NCBI GenBank assembly: GCA_030264375.1
Contig: JASCQW010000162.1
Location: 54,835,460-54,899,459 of the forward strand
From: Carcharhinus longimanus
Taxonomy: Eukaryota
Direction of reading: 5' to 3'
Length of the DNA stretch: 64,000 nt
The position numbers and the translations under genes were made by a program. Positions 10,863 to 23,817 of this stretch are shown here, one piece after another (position 1 is the stretch's first letter; each line of letters opens with the position of its first letter). The notes beneath the pieces are model-generated. The model saw only the letters and a list, made by a program, of their open reading frames with translations. It had not been told where the DNA came from and searched no databases.

Positions 10863-13800
10863 TGGTTAGCTGAAAAGGATGATGGAATTACTCTGTTAAT
10901 TAAAGATGATATTAATATAACAATGAGAAATAATCTTGGTTCTAAAGATTAAAAATGTTGAATCAGTTTGGATAGTTTTAACAAATAGCAAAGGAAAGAA
11001 GTCAATTGCGAGCGTAGTTTATAAGCTGCCTAACAGTTTCAATGCTGTAGGTAAAGATATACAGGAAGAAATAATGGGACTTCTAAGAAAGCCATTGCAA
11101 TTATCATGGGTGATATTATTCTACAGCTTGGAACATGATTTGGCAGCACACTCTACAACCAACCAGAGTAGGCTACTCTAGACTTGGTTGTGTGCAATCA
11201 AGCAGGAAGAATGGATCCAATATTAGTGTTTTATAATTGAATAAAGGTAATTACAAGAGTATGAAGGTGGAGCTGGCCAAAGTGAACTGGAAAAATGGGT
11301 AGGTCAGTGGAAATGGAGTGGCAGATATTTAAGGAGATATTTCATAACAGTCAGCAAACTTACATTTTAGTGGAAAAGAAAGCTAGGAAACAAATGCACC
11401 ATTCATGGCTAACTAAGAAAGTTAAAAGATGGCATAATATTGAAAAAAATATATATTTTTGTGAAGATAAGTGAAAAGTCAAAAGATGGGACAGAATTTT
11501 TAAAACAGCAAAGAATAAATGAAAAAATAATAAATGTATGAGAAAATTAGCAGAAATATAGGAACAGATAGTAAGTAAGAATAAGTGAAGTGACAAGGTT
11601 CCTCAAGAGAGCCCTGGGAATTAACAATGGGAAATGAGGAAATACTAGAAGCATTGAACAGATATCTCATATCTGTTTTCACCATAGTAAACAAAAACAG
11701 TATCCCAGAAATATTTGCAAGAGGTAGGAGAGAGATACTTCCCAAAGGGTACTGAGAAAGCTAAATAGAAGTAAACGTTGACAAGTCAACAGGAACTAGT
11801 GGACTCATTTTAACCTGTTTCACACTGGGGCATTTAATGAAGTTAGCAGAAAGATATTTTAAAACAAATCCATATTTAAAAGGCAGCAAAACAGCCAAAG
11901 GTCATTACAGAAGGTGAAGGAAAGCTACACTAGCAATTGTAAAATTCTGGTTAGCCATGTTAGAAATCAGAGAAAAATGATTAACTTCATAGGTCCACTG
12001 AAGGATTCACTAGGACAGGTTCACTTTGGCCACCTTCATGGTTGGCTTCCAGGATGTGGTTGAAGTTTCAAGTCGCTACTCTGTATCAATCTACACTGAA
12101 GCTGATCAGGATTAATTATCAAAAAATTTCAGCATTAATTTTATATTGTATTAAAGTAGATGCAAATGTAATCTTGGAAAGAATAAGGGACTGCAAATTA
12201 GATCTGACTGTTGGTTCTGACGACACTGAACTGAGAGTTATTTAGAGAAAGTGCTTATGTATTTAATAGCTTGCTGGAGCCAAGGACTGTTCCCATGGTC
12301 TATGCCAATATCTAAAACAAACCAAAATGAAATTTAAGAGTCCATTAGTTTGACCATTAAAATTTAGTCAAGCTACTATTATTAAAAATACTGTGAGACC
12401 ACTTAGGCAGAGAAGGTATCAGCCTCTCAGTATTGCTTCTGAAGAAAGTACTTGTGTCTCTTTGCAGTTTTAGACAAAGTTACTATTGTGTATTATGTAC
12501 TTTAATTTTCAGAAGGTGCAGATACACCATCTCTTTCTGAGAGATGGGAGGGTAGATCATTGGTAGGAAAAGAAATTGGTTACACTCTCACAAGCACAGG
12601 GCTGCAATTAATGTTAGTGGTTCTGAGTGGTGACTAGTTCATTAAGTGTCTCAGGGATGAATATTAGCATTGTTGCTGTTCATGATGTACATCAGCAATC
12701 AATAATGGTGGTGGTGAGGGAGCCATCTACAAATCATGACAGTGATTTGTATCAACGTTAGAATTTGTAAAATGAATCTCTGATTTCAATGTGATGGGGG
12801 AAATACGTCTATATCTCATAAATGGTATTCAACATAAATAAGTGTAGTGTAATACGCACAGGTTGGGAAAATGCCAACCATACATATACCATTTAGGATT
12901 CCAAGTACGTTGATGGTAGAAACATACAGGTGTATTAGTACATGATTCTCCAAAGATTCATGGTTATTGTCACATGGCTAAAATAAAAAACACTAATTTC
13001 TTAGCAAGACAGTGGTCAAGTTTCATCAAGAATTGTGTGTCCATCACTAGTCCCAACACGGTAGGTGATGCAGCCCTTGGTTAAGGTTAGAAGAATAAAC
13101 ACCCATCTAGAACAGGCTGTGCAGAAGTAACACTCCCTTTAAGATTGAAGTGCAGGCATGCATCATAAAGGACAAAGTGCAACAAACCAGTCAGACACAG
13201 CAAGCTGAAATTAGAAGCAAATGTTAGTTACCAGGAGGATATTTGTTTTAAAAGATCATAATTACCACAAAAGATGCAAGACAGCTGGTCATTTTATTCT
13301 GAAAACATTGATTTCAAGGAGATTTGATTGACATGTTTAAAATAATGATGGAACCACATACTGTCCCCATTTGGATAGATTAATTAGCTTAGGTTAAAGA
13401 AAATCATGGGACAATAAAGTAACTCTGTTAGGCACTGGAAGGAGGGCTTCTCGGCAGACATGTTTATCAACTTTGAGAACAAAGCTCATGCAACAAGTGT
13501 GACTTCGCTACTACACTGTAAAGAAAGCGAGACAAACTCCAAGCTGTGGCAGATACTGGTGTACTAAAAGTACACGAGATGTTAGGTCACATGCCTCATG
13601 GTCATTGATCTCAAAGTATTTTGAGCATGTTTAGGACAGGAATTGTCCCGAGTAGACTAATTTATTTTTAAGCCAACTCTAGGTCGTAAAAAGGCTGCTT
13701 GTGAGTAGGGAGCATTAGACTTGATATTCAGTTGGAACATGGCTGTGTGACAAGTTCAGTTGGTCTTTTCCTTCCATCATTTTGTTAAATGGCTTTCTTT

Positions 13801-14281
13801 CTAAGATTACTCCCATAGTTGTGTTTTGGTCAAATTCGGTGGCATCGGAGTCAGAATTTTTAATGTTATTCTCTTCTCAAAGTTACAAAGACAAAGTGAA
13901 GAGGGGATAGGGAATGCCCTTAATCCGTCTCCTGGTTTGCTCCAAGAATCAGTACAAATTGAATCCAATTCCTGGTTCCCACAAGAGACATACTCGATCC
14001 AAGCTGACGAGAACAGGCATTACACCCAATCTCGGGCTTGACCTCAGCCAAAAAACCGACAGTATGAAATGGAACTTTTTATATGATAGTCACAATTAAA
14101 AAAGCCCTAAAAAGTGTGGATAGAAAAGAGCAGGAAGCACATGACAACATGGATGGCAACAAACTTAGCCAATGAGCAGTGGGTAGGGTGGGCGAAACAT
14201 GGAACAACATTTATCAAATCTTTTACTATTATTCTCACTAAGATAGGAATTTTGTTTTGGAACAGTAAATTAAACACTCAC

Positions 14282-14405
14282 CTGAAGCCACCTTAGGTTG
14301 ATTGCCAACAATTCCCACTGTGCATCCATTCATCCTGGTGAATCCGATGATGATGTTTTTGGCATAATTAGGCATGAGCTCAAAAAATTCTCTTTCATCT
14401 GCAAT
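14282..14405 (-). CDS. PCCB: PCCB exon 10
   Basis: [41 protein letters not shown](G); AG/GT flanks; 124 nt. Confidence 0.96.
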
Positions 14406-14840
14406 CTAGGACAGAGTTTTGTAGGTGTTTTTTTTTAAACGTGCTATATAAATATTAAATGGCTGGTGCTGTAGAAAGAGCCTCAAACTACAAACTGAAG
14501 CCCAAGATAAGGCCATGTGCTAAGAACAGGATGGCTCATCACAGGAATCACTGGAATAATTCCATAAGAGCAGCAGCCTGGAAATCATTGACCATCAGAG
14601 CCTGATTAAAAGTCCTAAATTAATCTCCTATGTTCAGCCAAAATTCTAAAAGGACTACTCAGTGTGAAAGATACATTTTTATATTCTTCCAATTAACCCG
14701 CAAGTCTGAGAATTAATGATTTAGAAATTTTTATTTTCTAAATGGCAAGGCGGCATCAACTATGGATGGGTTGAGGTATTTAGAGATACAAGTGCTGAAA
14801 TCAATAGTGGACAAGTACAAGAAGTAAGTACAAATGATAA

Positions 14841-16435
14841 CTTAAGCCAAATGGTACAATACTGAAGCCAAGGCAGGAAAAGAGGACCTGGGAATGGACA
14901 TACATAAACAAGTCTTTGAATGTGATAAGACAAGTTGAGAAGGCAGTGAGAAAGACTTCAATACAAAAAGCAAGAAAGTCACAAACAATTATTAAAAACA
15001 AAACTGATTAGGCTTAGCTGGAATATTGCGTCAAATTCTAGGCACCATTATTTAGGAAGAACTTTGAGGCCTGGGTATGAAGAGGAAATACTAAAATGAT
15101 ACCAGGAATGACCTATTCAAGGCTGGGTGAGACAGATCTTAGTCTGCAAGGATTATCATGAAAAGGCAGAAAAGTGGCACAGCACGCTCAATGGGCCAAA
15201 TGGCCTACTCCTTTTCTTATTCTTATGAAGGATTTAAGTTGTGCGGAATAGCTAGAGGTGTTGGGATTATTAACTTTGGAAAAAAGATATGGGGGACTTA
15301 AGAACATAAGAAATAGGAGCAGGAGTAGGCCATTTAGCCCTTTGAACCTGCCCCGCCATTCAATATGATCATNNNNNNNNNNNNNNNNNNNNNNNNNNNN
15401 NNNNNNNNNNNNNNNNNNNNNNNNNNNNNNNNNNNNNNNNNNNNNNNNNNNNNNNNNNNNNNNNNNNNNNNNTTCTGCAATAACCTCTTGTGAGGTACCT
15501 TGTCAAACGCCTTCTGAAAATCAAGACTTGGTAGAGGTGTTCAAAATCTTTTGGTTTTGGTAGAGTAAATAAGGTGAAGGTCTTTCCAGTAACTTAACAT
15601 TGTTCTTCATCTGAACAGAGCTTGAAGTTATATTGCAACTGTGCAGAGCTTTGTTTAGATCACATCTGGATACTGCTTGCAGTTCTGGGCATCGCAACTT
15701 AAGAAGAATATATTGGCTATAGAAGGGGCACAGCAGATTGACCAGAATGATAAATGTATTAAATGAGTTCACACAAAGATGCATCACGAAAGGACAGCTA
15801 TCCAATTCATGCCATTTTTATGCTCTTATCCTCACCCCCGCAAAGTTATTGATCTGCTTCCACCACCCCAGATCATCATGTCTCTTACTGTCTCTAGTTT
15901 ATCATCAATTACTATTAATCTGTGCCCTCTGGTTGGTTGCTGACCCTTCTGTCACTGGAAACATTTTCGCCTTATTTACTCTACCAAAACCTCATGATTT
16001 TGAGCACCTCTATCAAATCCCCCGGTATCTTCATTTTACCAAAGTTAACAATCCCAGCACCTCTAGTATTTCCACACAACTTAAATCCTTCATAAGAATA
16101 AAGGAGTAGGCCACTGAGTCTGCTCTGCCACTTTCCTGCTTGTTCATGATAATCCTTGCCTTCCTTGCAGGTCTAAGATCTGTCAAACCCAGCCTTGAAT
16201 AGGATCATCCCTGGTATCATTCAAGTATTTCCACTTCGCTCTCTCAGGCCTCAACATTCTTCCTAAACAATGGTGCCTAGAATCAGCCTAATCATTTTTT
16301 TTTGAATAAAGGTTTGTGATTTTCTTGCTTTTGTACTCAATGCCTTTCTCACAGCCTTCTTGATTTGTTTATGTATGTCCATTCCCAGGTCCTTTTTTCC
16401 TGCATTGGTTTCAATATTGTACCATTTAGCTTAAG
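14841..16435. repeat. Older inverted duplication of a CR1-derived block (14841-15593 vs 15951-16435)
   Basis: Arms are reverse complements and share unusual internal junctions; the ORF track shows FMYVHSQVLFSC on both strands. Confidence 0.88.
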
Positions 16436-17589
16436 TTGCCTCTTTTCAAACTACGTACCAAATGACTTCAAATTTCATCTGCCACGTGTCTACCCATTGC
16501 ACCAATATATACTTCTTCCTGTAGGCTGTTCCTATTGTCCTCTCAGTTTACCACATTTCTGAATTTCAACTCTTCTACAAACTTTAAAATTATGCAAGGT
16601 CATTAATAAAACAAAAAAAAAATCAAAAATGAGCCCTGGTCCGAAGACTGACCCCGGGGAAACACAAACGCACACTCTCTTTGATCTGAAAAACAACTGT
16701 TCATTACTGCTCCACCCAGCAACTGCTCCTTTTACCCAATAGGTTTCAAATTGGTCTATTATGTGGGGTAGTTAATAAAATCTGACAGTTTGCACCAAAC
16801 ATCAACATTCGGTCATTCATTTAGAAAATCAAGTTAATCAAATATGATTTGTCGTTAACAAATCTATGATAGCTTCATTTATACTTTTTACGCTTTCAAC
16901 TGTTAAGTAATTTTCTCCCAGGTTATAGCCTCTAAAAGCTTCCTTATTTCAGGCTGAGTGTTCTGTAGTTGTCAAGTTTATCTCTTCCCCATTTTTGAAC
17001 AGAGGTGCAAGATCTGAAATCCTCCAAACCTCTGGCACCACTCCCATTTCAAGGAGGATTGAAAGATCATGACCAGTTCCCCTACAATTCAGCAATTTTA
17101 AATGTATCTTACAAAGTGACTTTTTGATTTGAGCCCCACCAACCTCAAGTTTTTCCTCTATTAATTTTTATCCAACTCAAGTTTCCCAAATTACTATGAC
17201 ATTGGCAGAGTCATCTCTAGCGAAGACAAATGCACAAAACTTAATACTTCAGCCACATTCTCTGCCATCACAAAATCTTCCTTTTGGTCCCCTATTGCCC
17301 CTATATTTCCTTTAAGTTTACAAATTTTGGGTAATTTATTCTCATATCCACTCTTCTTTGTTTGCTCCATTAATTTTTTTTCAATTCTCACTTGTGTTTT
17401 TCATTTTCAGCTTGGTTCTTTGATGAATTATGAATTCTTATCATAAGCTTTGTTTTACAACTCACTTTAATTTTTCTGGCCCACAATTGCCTGGCTCCCC
17501 AGCATCATGGATGTGGGGTGTTACCCCAATGATTTGTCAGGGAATTCCTCTTGAAATTCCAGTGCAAGGGTTTAGAAGCTCAACTTCCC

Positions 17590-18935
17590 CTGAACATACG
17601 AACATAAGAAATAAGAGCAGGAGTAGGCCATCTAGTCCTTTGAGCCTGCCCTGCCATTCAATAAGATCATGGCTGATCTGAAGTGAATCAGTTCCACTTT
17701 CCCACTTTCTCCCCATAACCCTTAATTCCNNNNNNNNNNNNNNNNNNNNNNNNNNNNNNNNNNNNNNNNNNNNNNNNNNNNNNNNNNNNNNNNNNNNNNN
17801 NNNNNNNNNNNNNNNNNNNNNNNNNNNNNNNNNNNNNNNNNNNNNNNNNNNNNNNNNNNNNNNNNNNNNNNNNNNNNNNNNNNNNNNNNNNNNNNNNNNN
17901 NNNNNNNNNNNNNNNNNNNNNNNNNNNNNNNNNNNNNNNNNNNNNNNNNNNNNNNNNNNNNNNNNNNNNNNNNNNNNNNNNNNNNNNNNNNNNNNNNNNN
18001 NNNNNNNNNNNNNNNNNNNNNNNNNNNNNNNNNNNNNNNNNNNNNNNNNNNNNNNNNNNNNNNNNNNNNNNNNNNNNNNNNNNNNNNNNNNNNNNNNNNN
18101 NNNNNNNNNNNNNNNNNNNNNNNNNNNNNNNNNNNNNNNNNNNNNNNNNNNNNNNNNNNNNNNNNNNNNNNNNNNNNNNNNNNNNNNNNNNNNNNNNNNN
18201 NNNNNNNNNNNNNNNNNNNNNNNNNNNNNNNNNNNNNNNNNNNNNNNNNNNNNNNNNNNNNNNNNNNNNNNNNNNNNNNNNNNNNNNNNNNNNNNNNNNN
18301 NNNNNNNNNNNNNNNNNNNNNNNNNNNNNNNNNNNNNNNNNNNNNNNNNNNNNNNNNNNNNNNNNNNNNNNNNNNNNNNNNNNNNNNNNNNNNNNNNNNN
18401 NNNNNNNNNNNNNNNNNNNNNNNNNNNNNNNNNNNNNNNNNNNNNNNNNNNNNNNNNNNNNNNNNNNNNNNNCCCATAACCCTTAATTCCCTTGTCTATC
18501 AGAAATCTATCCACCCGTGACTTAAATATATTCAACGAGGTAGCCTCCATCACTTCAATGGGCAGAGAATTCTAGAGATTCACCACCCTTTCAGCGAAGA
18601 AGTTACTCCTCAACTCCGTTCTAAACTGCCCCCCCGACCCCGGCCTTATTTTGAGGCTGAGCCCTCTAGTTCCGCTATCCTTTCTAAGCGGGAAGAATCT
18701 CTCTACCTCTACCCTATCTAGCCCCTTCAGTATCTTGTAAGTCTCTATAAGATCCCCCCTCAGCCTTCCAAACTCTAACGAGTACAGACCCAGTCTACAG
18801 CTAACCCCCTCATCTCCAGTATCAGCCCGGTGAACCTTCTTTGTACTCCCTCCAAGGCTAATATATCCTTTCGCAAATATGGGGACCAAAACGGCACACA
18901 GTACTCCAGTTGCTGCCTCACCAGTGCCCCATACA
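17590..18935 (-). mobile_element. Young CR1/HER1-like LINE 3' end spanning an N-gap
   Basis: [27 protein letters not shown] and [28 protein letters not shown]; tail AGAAATAAGAGCAGGAGTAGGCC; same tail family at 15300, 23019, 50844-50920 (+) and 59476. Confidence 0.88.
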
Positions 18936-21010
18936 GTATTTTCTGCTTTTGCAGTGTGCATCTCAGTGAAGATTCTTCAATCTGATTGAACAGATGACCT
19001 AAGAGGGGTTTGGTACACTGGATCAAATGGCAGATTGCTGGAAAGGCCACTCAACATTCCTCCACCACAAACTGCAAAATTTAGGCTACGATGATGATCA
19101 AATGCCCTCCAACTGAAACATGCTCCACTTAATCTTCATTCCCTGAAATAAGATTCAGCGCTGTTAATTTCCTCATTAGAGATACTTTGACCAAAAGGTT
19201 CTCCTCCAATTAATGGGATGCAGATGGAGGCACGGTCCCCATGCCAGATTCTCTTTGATGCTGGCATGAAAACACACTGGTGTGAAATACGTTTGGAACA
19301 ACATGGTGTGCAGGTGTCATAACTCAGCTGAACATTGGTTGAGATCGTCTCCAGAATTCATGATGGAGTAACCGTGGAACACCACAGCAGTGGTCAGGGT
19401 CAGGGCATCTAATCTGGACTCTTCCAGATTGGATGCCCTGAAGGTCCATCTTACAGGCTCAGAATGTCCACCTTTGTTCTCAGGTGGTCCACTGCCCAGT
19501 CTCAGAGTGCTCCTGGAGATCTATCTTCATTTTCAGGTGGTCCATCTTCTTTCTTCAATAGTGGGTCAGTGATGTTGTACACCTTTTCAATATGGCTTCC
19601 AGACAGGAGAGCGGCCAATGCATCCTCCAGGCCTGCCCTGCCACTGAATATGGTGTGAACACTTGGGTGCATAATTAATAAGAATGAGGCTGAAATATTT
19701 GACGTGCTTTCCTGCCAGCCTCTGCAGCAGGAAACACTCCACATTTCTGCACCTATCATTGCACTCAGTCTCAAAATGGGAGAATTCAGCCCTTACTGGC
19801 TGACGGTGTAAACCGAGCAGAGGAACAACTCCTCTATTGTCCATTAATTATCAAATCAAGTCTTTGAGTCCTGCCTCATCTCAGCACTGCCTTCCTCATA
19901 TTTCCAGAATGAATGCAAGTGTTCATTTCTCTCCTTGTTTGAGTCACTACATCTTAACCACATGACTACTTGTGTCTTCCGTTCACCAATATTATTTACT
20001 GCACTTGTGCATTTACACACGCAAGGTTAAATTAAGACGACGAGTTGCACAGAATAGGTTTGCATTTGCTTGAATGCAGGAGATTAAAAGTTTGATCTAA
20101 CTGGAGTGCTTCAGATATTAAAGAATTTTTTAAACTTGTTCTTGTGATGCAAGCCAGCGTTTATTTCCCAATCCTAAATGCCCTCAAGATGATTCAAAGA
20201 TACTCTTTGGAATTGCTGCAGTCCATCTGGTATAGGTGTGCCTACTATGCTATTAGGGAATTCTAGAATTTTGACTCAGTTGTATTGAAGGAACAACAAT
20301 ATAGTTTCAAGTCAAGATGTGTAAGACTTGGAGGGGAACAAAGGGTACAAGTGTTTCCATGCATCTGCTTCCCTTGATCTTCCAGATGAAGAGTGAAGAG
20401 TTTAGAAGGTGCTGTCAAAGGAACCTTGCTGAGTTACTGCCGTGTATCTTGTAGATGGCAGTTATGTTTACTGTGAATGGATGGGATACCAATCATGCTT
20501 TGTCAGATTATTTCTATTTACCCTATTTTTTGGTGGGGTCTCCAGAATAGGTGCATAACCTTGAAATCAAAGCCACGATGTTCAGGAATGATGTTAGGAG
20601 GCACATCTTTACGTAAGGGCAGTGGAAGAAATGTCTCCCAAAAAGCTATATTGAAGCTGGAATGCTGAAGGTTTCAAAAGTGAGACTGACATAGTTTCAT
20701 TAGAAAATCTGGCTTTAAGGCTTCTGGAACCAAAGTGGGTAGATACAGTTACGAAACAGATCAAGCATGATCGATGGACAGCAGAACATGTTTGAGCAGC
20801 TGAATGGCCCACTCCTGTTATAGATAAAACATAACTTGTTTTACAATTTGCTAATGTGCAGAAAAGGTAAAAATTGGAAATTCCCCTCTCTTGGTATGGA
20901 GGGGATCTGACAACAACATATAATCCCTTCAGCAAACAACCTTGCACCCTGCATTTTGGGAGTGGATTGTGTTTTACAGGAATACTGAGAAATTAAATCA
21001 AACATCTTAC

Positions 21011-21092
21011 CGCACTGATGATATCCAACATATCATATGCTTTTGTGGATTCCAGAGGAACCACTGTATCCAGACTTGGCACCAACCGATCA
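21011..21092 (-). CDS. PCCB: PCCB exon 9
   Basis: (C)[27 protein letters not shown]; AAG acceptor, GTAAG donor; 82 nt. Confidence 0.96.
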
Positions 21093-23817
21093 CTTTGAAG
21101 AGCAAAAGGGCAAAAGTAGAATTTTTAATATTTGTCAACCACCTATGCACAGTGAAATATTAATTACTCATATTTCTATGATCAACCTTCTTGATTATCC
21201 ACCACGATTCTCAAAATTAAGACTTCTCCTCACAGCATAACATACCAACAGCAATTTGGTCCAAGAGTCAGAGATTGACAGCACAGGAGGGCTTCACGGC
21301 TGTGCTCACTCTTAGCTCCTGTGATTTAAAATTAATCCCACTACTCCTCTTTCCCTCCGAATCCCCATCCCAATGGTATCTTTATCAGTTTCAAATAATT
21401 TTCCAATTTGCCCTCGAGAGGTACAATGGTCTCTGACTCAATCACTCCCTGTGGAGTAGCATTCTATTTTCCAACAATCCTGTAAATAAAATTTTCCTAA
21501 TCTCTTCTCAATCTCAGGGGTCATTTTAATTATAATTTTTAAAAATCTGCAGAATTTCCTCACTAATTTATTTACTTCAATGGAAATGGTCCCAATGAAT
21601 AGTTTTCATAATAAGTTTCCAATCCTTGTTCGTGGCAGATCTACATTGCATGCATTATGGCATTAACTACCTTTTATAAGGAGACAGACAAAACTGCACA
21701 CAGAACCCAGAATGTTTTTTCAAAACAAAAAGCTTAATCAAACTTCAATTCCACTTTCAGAGAACTAAGTACTTGAACCCTAGGTCTCTCAAGACTGTTC
21801 CCATTATCTTTTCCCAGTCTTGTCTTTCCTCAAAGTGTTTTACCTCATATTTAACAACATTAAATATATTAAATTCCTCCTGAACATCCAAAACCNNNNN
21901 NNNNNNNNNNNNNNNNNNNNNNNNNNNNNNNNNNNNCGTCAACACAACTTAACTTTAACAATCCCATGTTGGTTGTCCTTGATTATGACTCATGTATTTC
22001 TAAATGCTCACTATTGTAAGTTATATTCAACTACAGATTTAAGAAGTCGCAAAAATTCTTTTATCCTCTCCCTTCAACAACAATTTTGAACAAAAAAAGA
22101 TTCAGGTCTTCACAAAGTGGCCTCAGTTAATGATTTTTTTGCTAATCTAGTTTTAATTTATTTTAGCAAGACATTCATTCAATCTTCCTCTCCAAATCAA
22201 TCCATGTATTGGACTTAACTTTAGAATGGAATGTTCCAATTTGACACTAATGATACTATACTCAATTCATTCAAAGCATGGGAACCACTTCAACCCAAAA
22301 AGCACAGCATGAGTATATAGCGGTTGTACATCACCCTGAATGAATGCTGTTGGATTACAATTCAGAATCATGTTTAGTGCAGACAGTACATACAAAGCTA
22401 CAAATTCGGAGCAGGAATAGCGCATTTGGCCCCTTGAGCCTGCTCTGTCTCCACTTTCCTGTCTACCCCATATACCTTGTCCATAAAGAAACTATCTAAC
22501 TCAGCCTCTCTGAGGGGGAAAAGAAGTCAACAGACTACCCTCAGAAAAAATACCTTCATGTTAAATGGGAGACCCTAGCTCTAGTTTCTCCCATAAGGGG
22601 TAACATCCTTTCAGCATTGACCCTGTCAAGTCAGGTTCAATATATTTCAATAAAGATCAACACCTATTCTTTTAAGTCCCAAAGGACACAGCCCAACTTG
22701 ACAAACCTATTTTGCATCTTGTAGAGTATGCAATACTGACACTGTGACAATGATGAGAGAATGGACGGTGACACTTGGTACATTCACAAGAAAACATTTA
22801 GAAGAAAATAACTTGCATTTATATTGTGATGAAACAGCCCATGTAAGGAACTTAACAGGAGCATTATAAAACAAAGTATGACACCCAACCACAAAGGAGA
22901 TAATAGGCCAAAGGATTGGTCACAGAGGTAGGTTTTGAGGAATGTCTCAAAGAGAAAAGCCAGCTAGAGAGATAGAGGGAGGGTATCCCAGAGTGTAGGA
23001 CTCAGGCAACTGAAGGCATAAGAACATAAGAAATAGGAGCAGGAGTAGGCCATCTGGCCCTTCGAGCCTGCCCCACCATTCAATAAGATCATGNNNNNNN
23101 NNNNNNNNNNNNNNNNNNNNNNNNNNNNNNNNNNNNNNNNNNNNNNNNNNNNNNNNNNNNNNNNNNNNNNNNNNNNNNNNNNNNNNNNNNNNNNNNNNNN
23201 NNNNNNNNNNNNNNNNNNNNNNNNNNNNNNNNNNNNNNNNNNNNNNNNNNNNNNNNNNNNNNNNNNNNNNNNNNNNNNNNNNNNNNNNNNNNNNNNNNNN
23301 NNNNNNNNNNNNNNNNNNNNNNNNNNNNNNNNNNNNNNNNNNNNNNNNNNNNNNNNNNNNNNNNNNNNNNNNNNNNNNNNNNNNNNNNNNNNNNNNNNNN
23401 NNNNNNNNNNNNNNNNNNNNNNNNNNNNNNNNNNNNNNNNNNNNNNNNNNNNNNNNNNNNNNNNNNNNNNNNNNNNNNNNNNNNNNNNNNNNNNNNNNNN
23501 NNNNNNNNNNNNNNNNNNNNNNNNNNNNNNNNNNNNNNNNNNNNNNNNNNNNNNNNNNNNNNNNNNNNNNNNNNNNNNNNNNNNNNNNNNNNNNNNNNNN
23601 NNNNNNNNNNNNNNNNNNNNNNNNNNNNGGTCATTTGTACAAAAATTCCAGCCATAACCTGGTAAAAAAGTGTACAACTCAAATGGCCACTAGGTGACAT
23701 CCTTTCCCTTATAAGTGGTGGGAAAATACCACACTGTCAGACACCAGAGAAATATTTTCCCCCAGCAGCCACTAGAGGGCAACCTTTTACCACAGACCAG
23801 TCTGTTCCTAATAAAAG

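Larger units (their letters stand above)
8110..11800 (+). mobile_element. Degraded CR1-type LINE 5' half (5' UTR repeats, ORF1 with zinc-finger/esterase remnants, AP-endonuclease remnant)
   Basis: Remnants LQFSNRFEIF, VVGNSI (GDSL-like), IAITEMWL (endonuclease) and VESVWIVLTNSKGKKS...VYKLPNS; interrupted by nested insertions. Confidence 0.8.

Noticed and set aside
13830-14060. CpG-containing segment after exon 10 as a possible snoRNA or cryptic exon
   Set aside because: No convincing C/D or H/ACA boxes or splice-site pair that I could identify; an Rfam search would be needed
17711-18490. CCCATAACCCTTAATTCC repeated on both sides of an N-gap
   Set aside because: Likely contig overlap or repeat collapse at a scaffold gap; cannot be interpreted biologically
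17537-18553. Long ORFs made of X residues (also 22964-23700, 50537-50956, 59387-59773)
   Set aside because: Artefacts of N-gaps next to high-copy LINE tails
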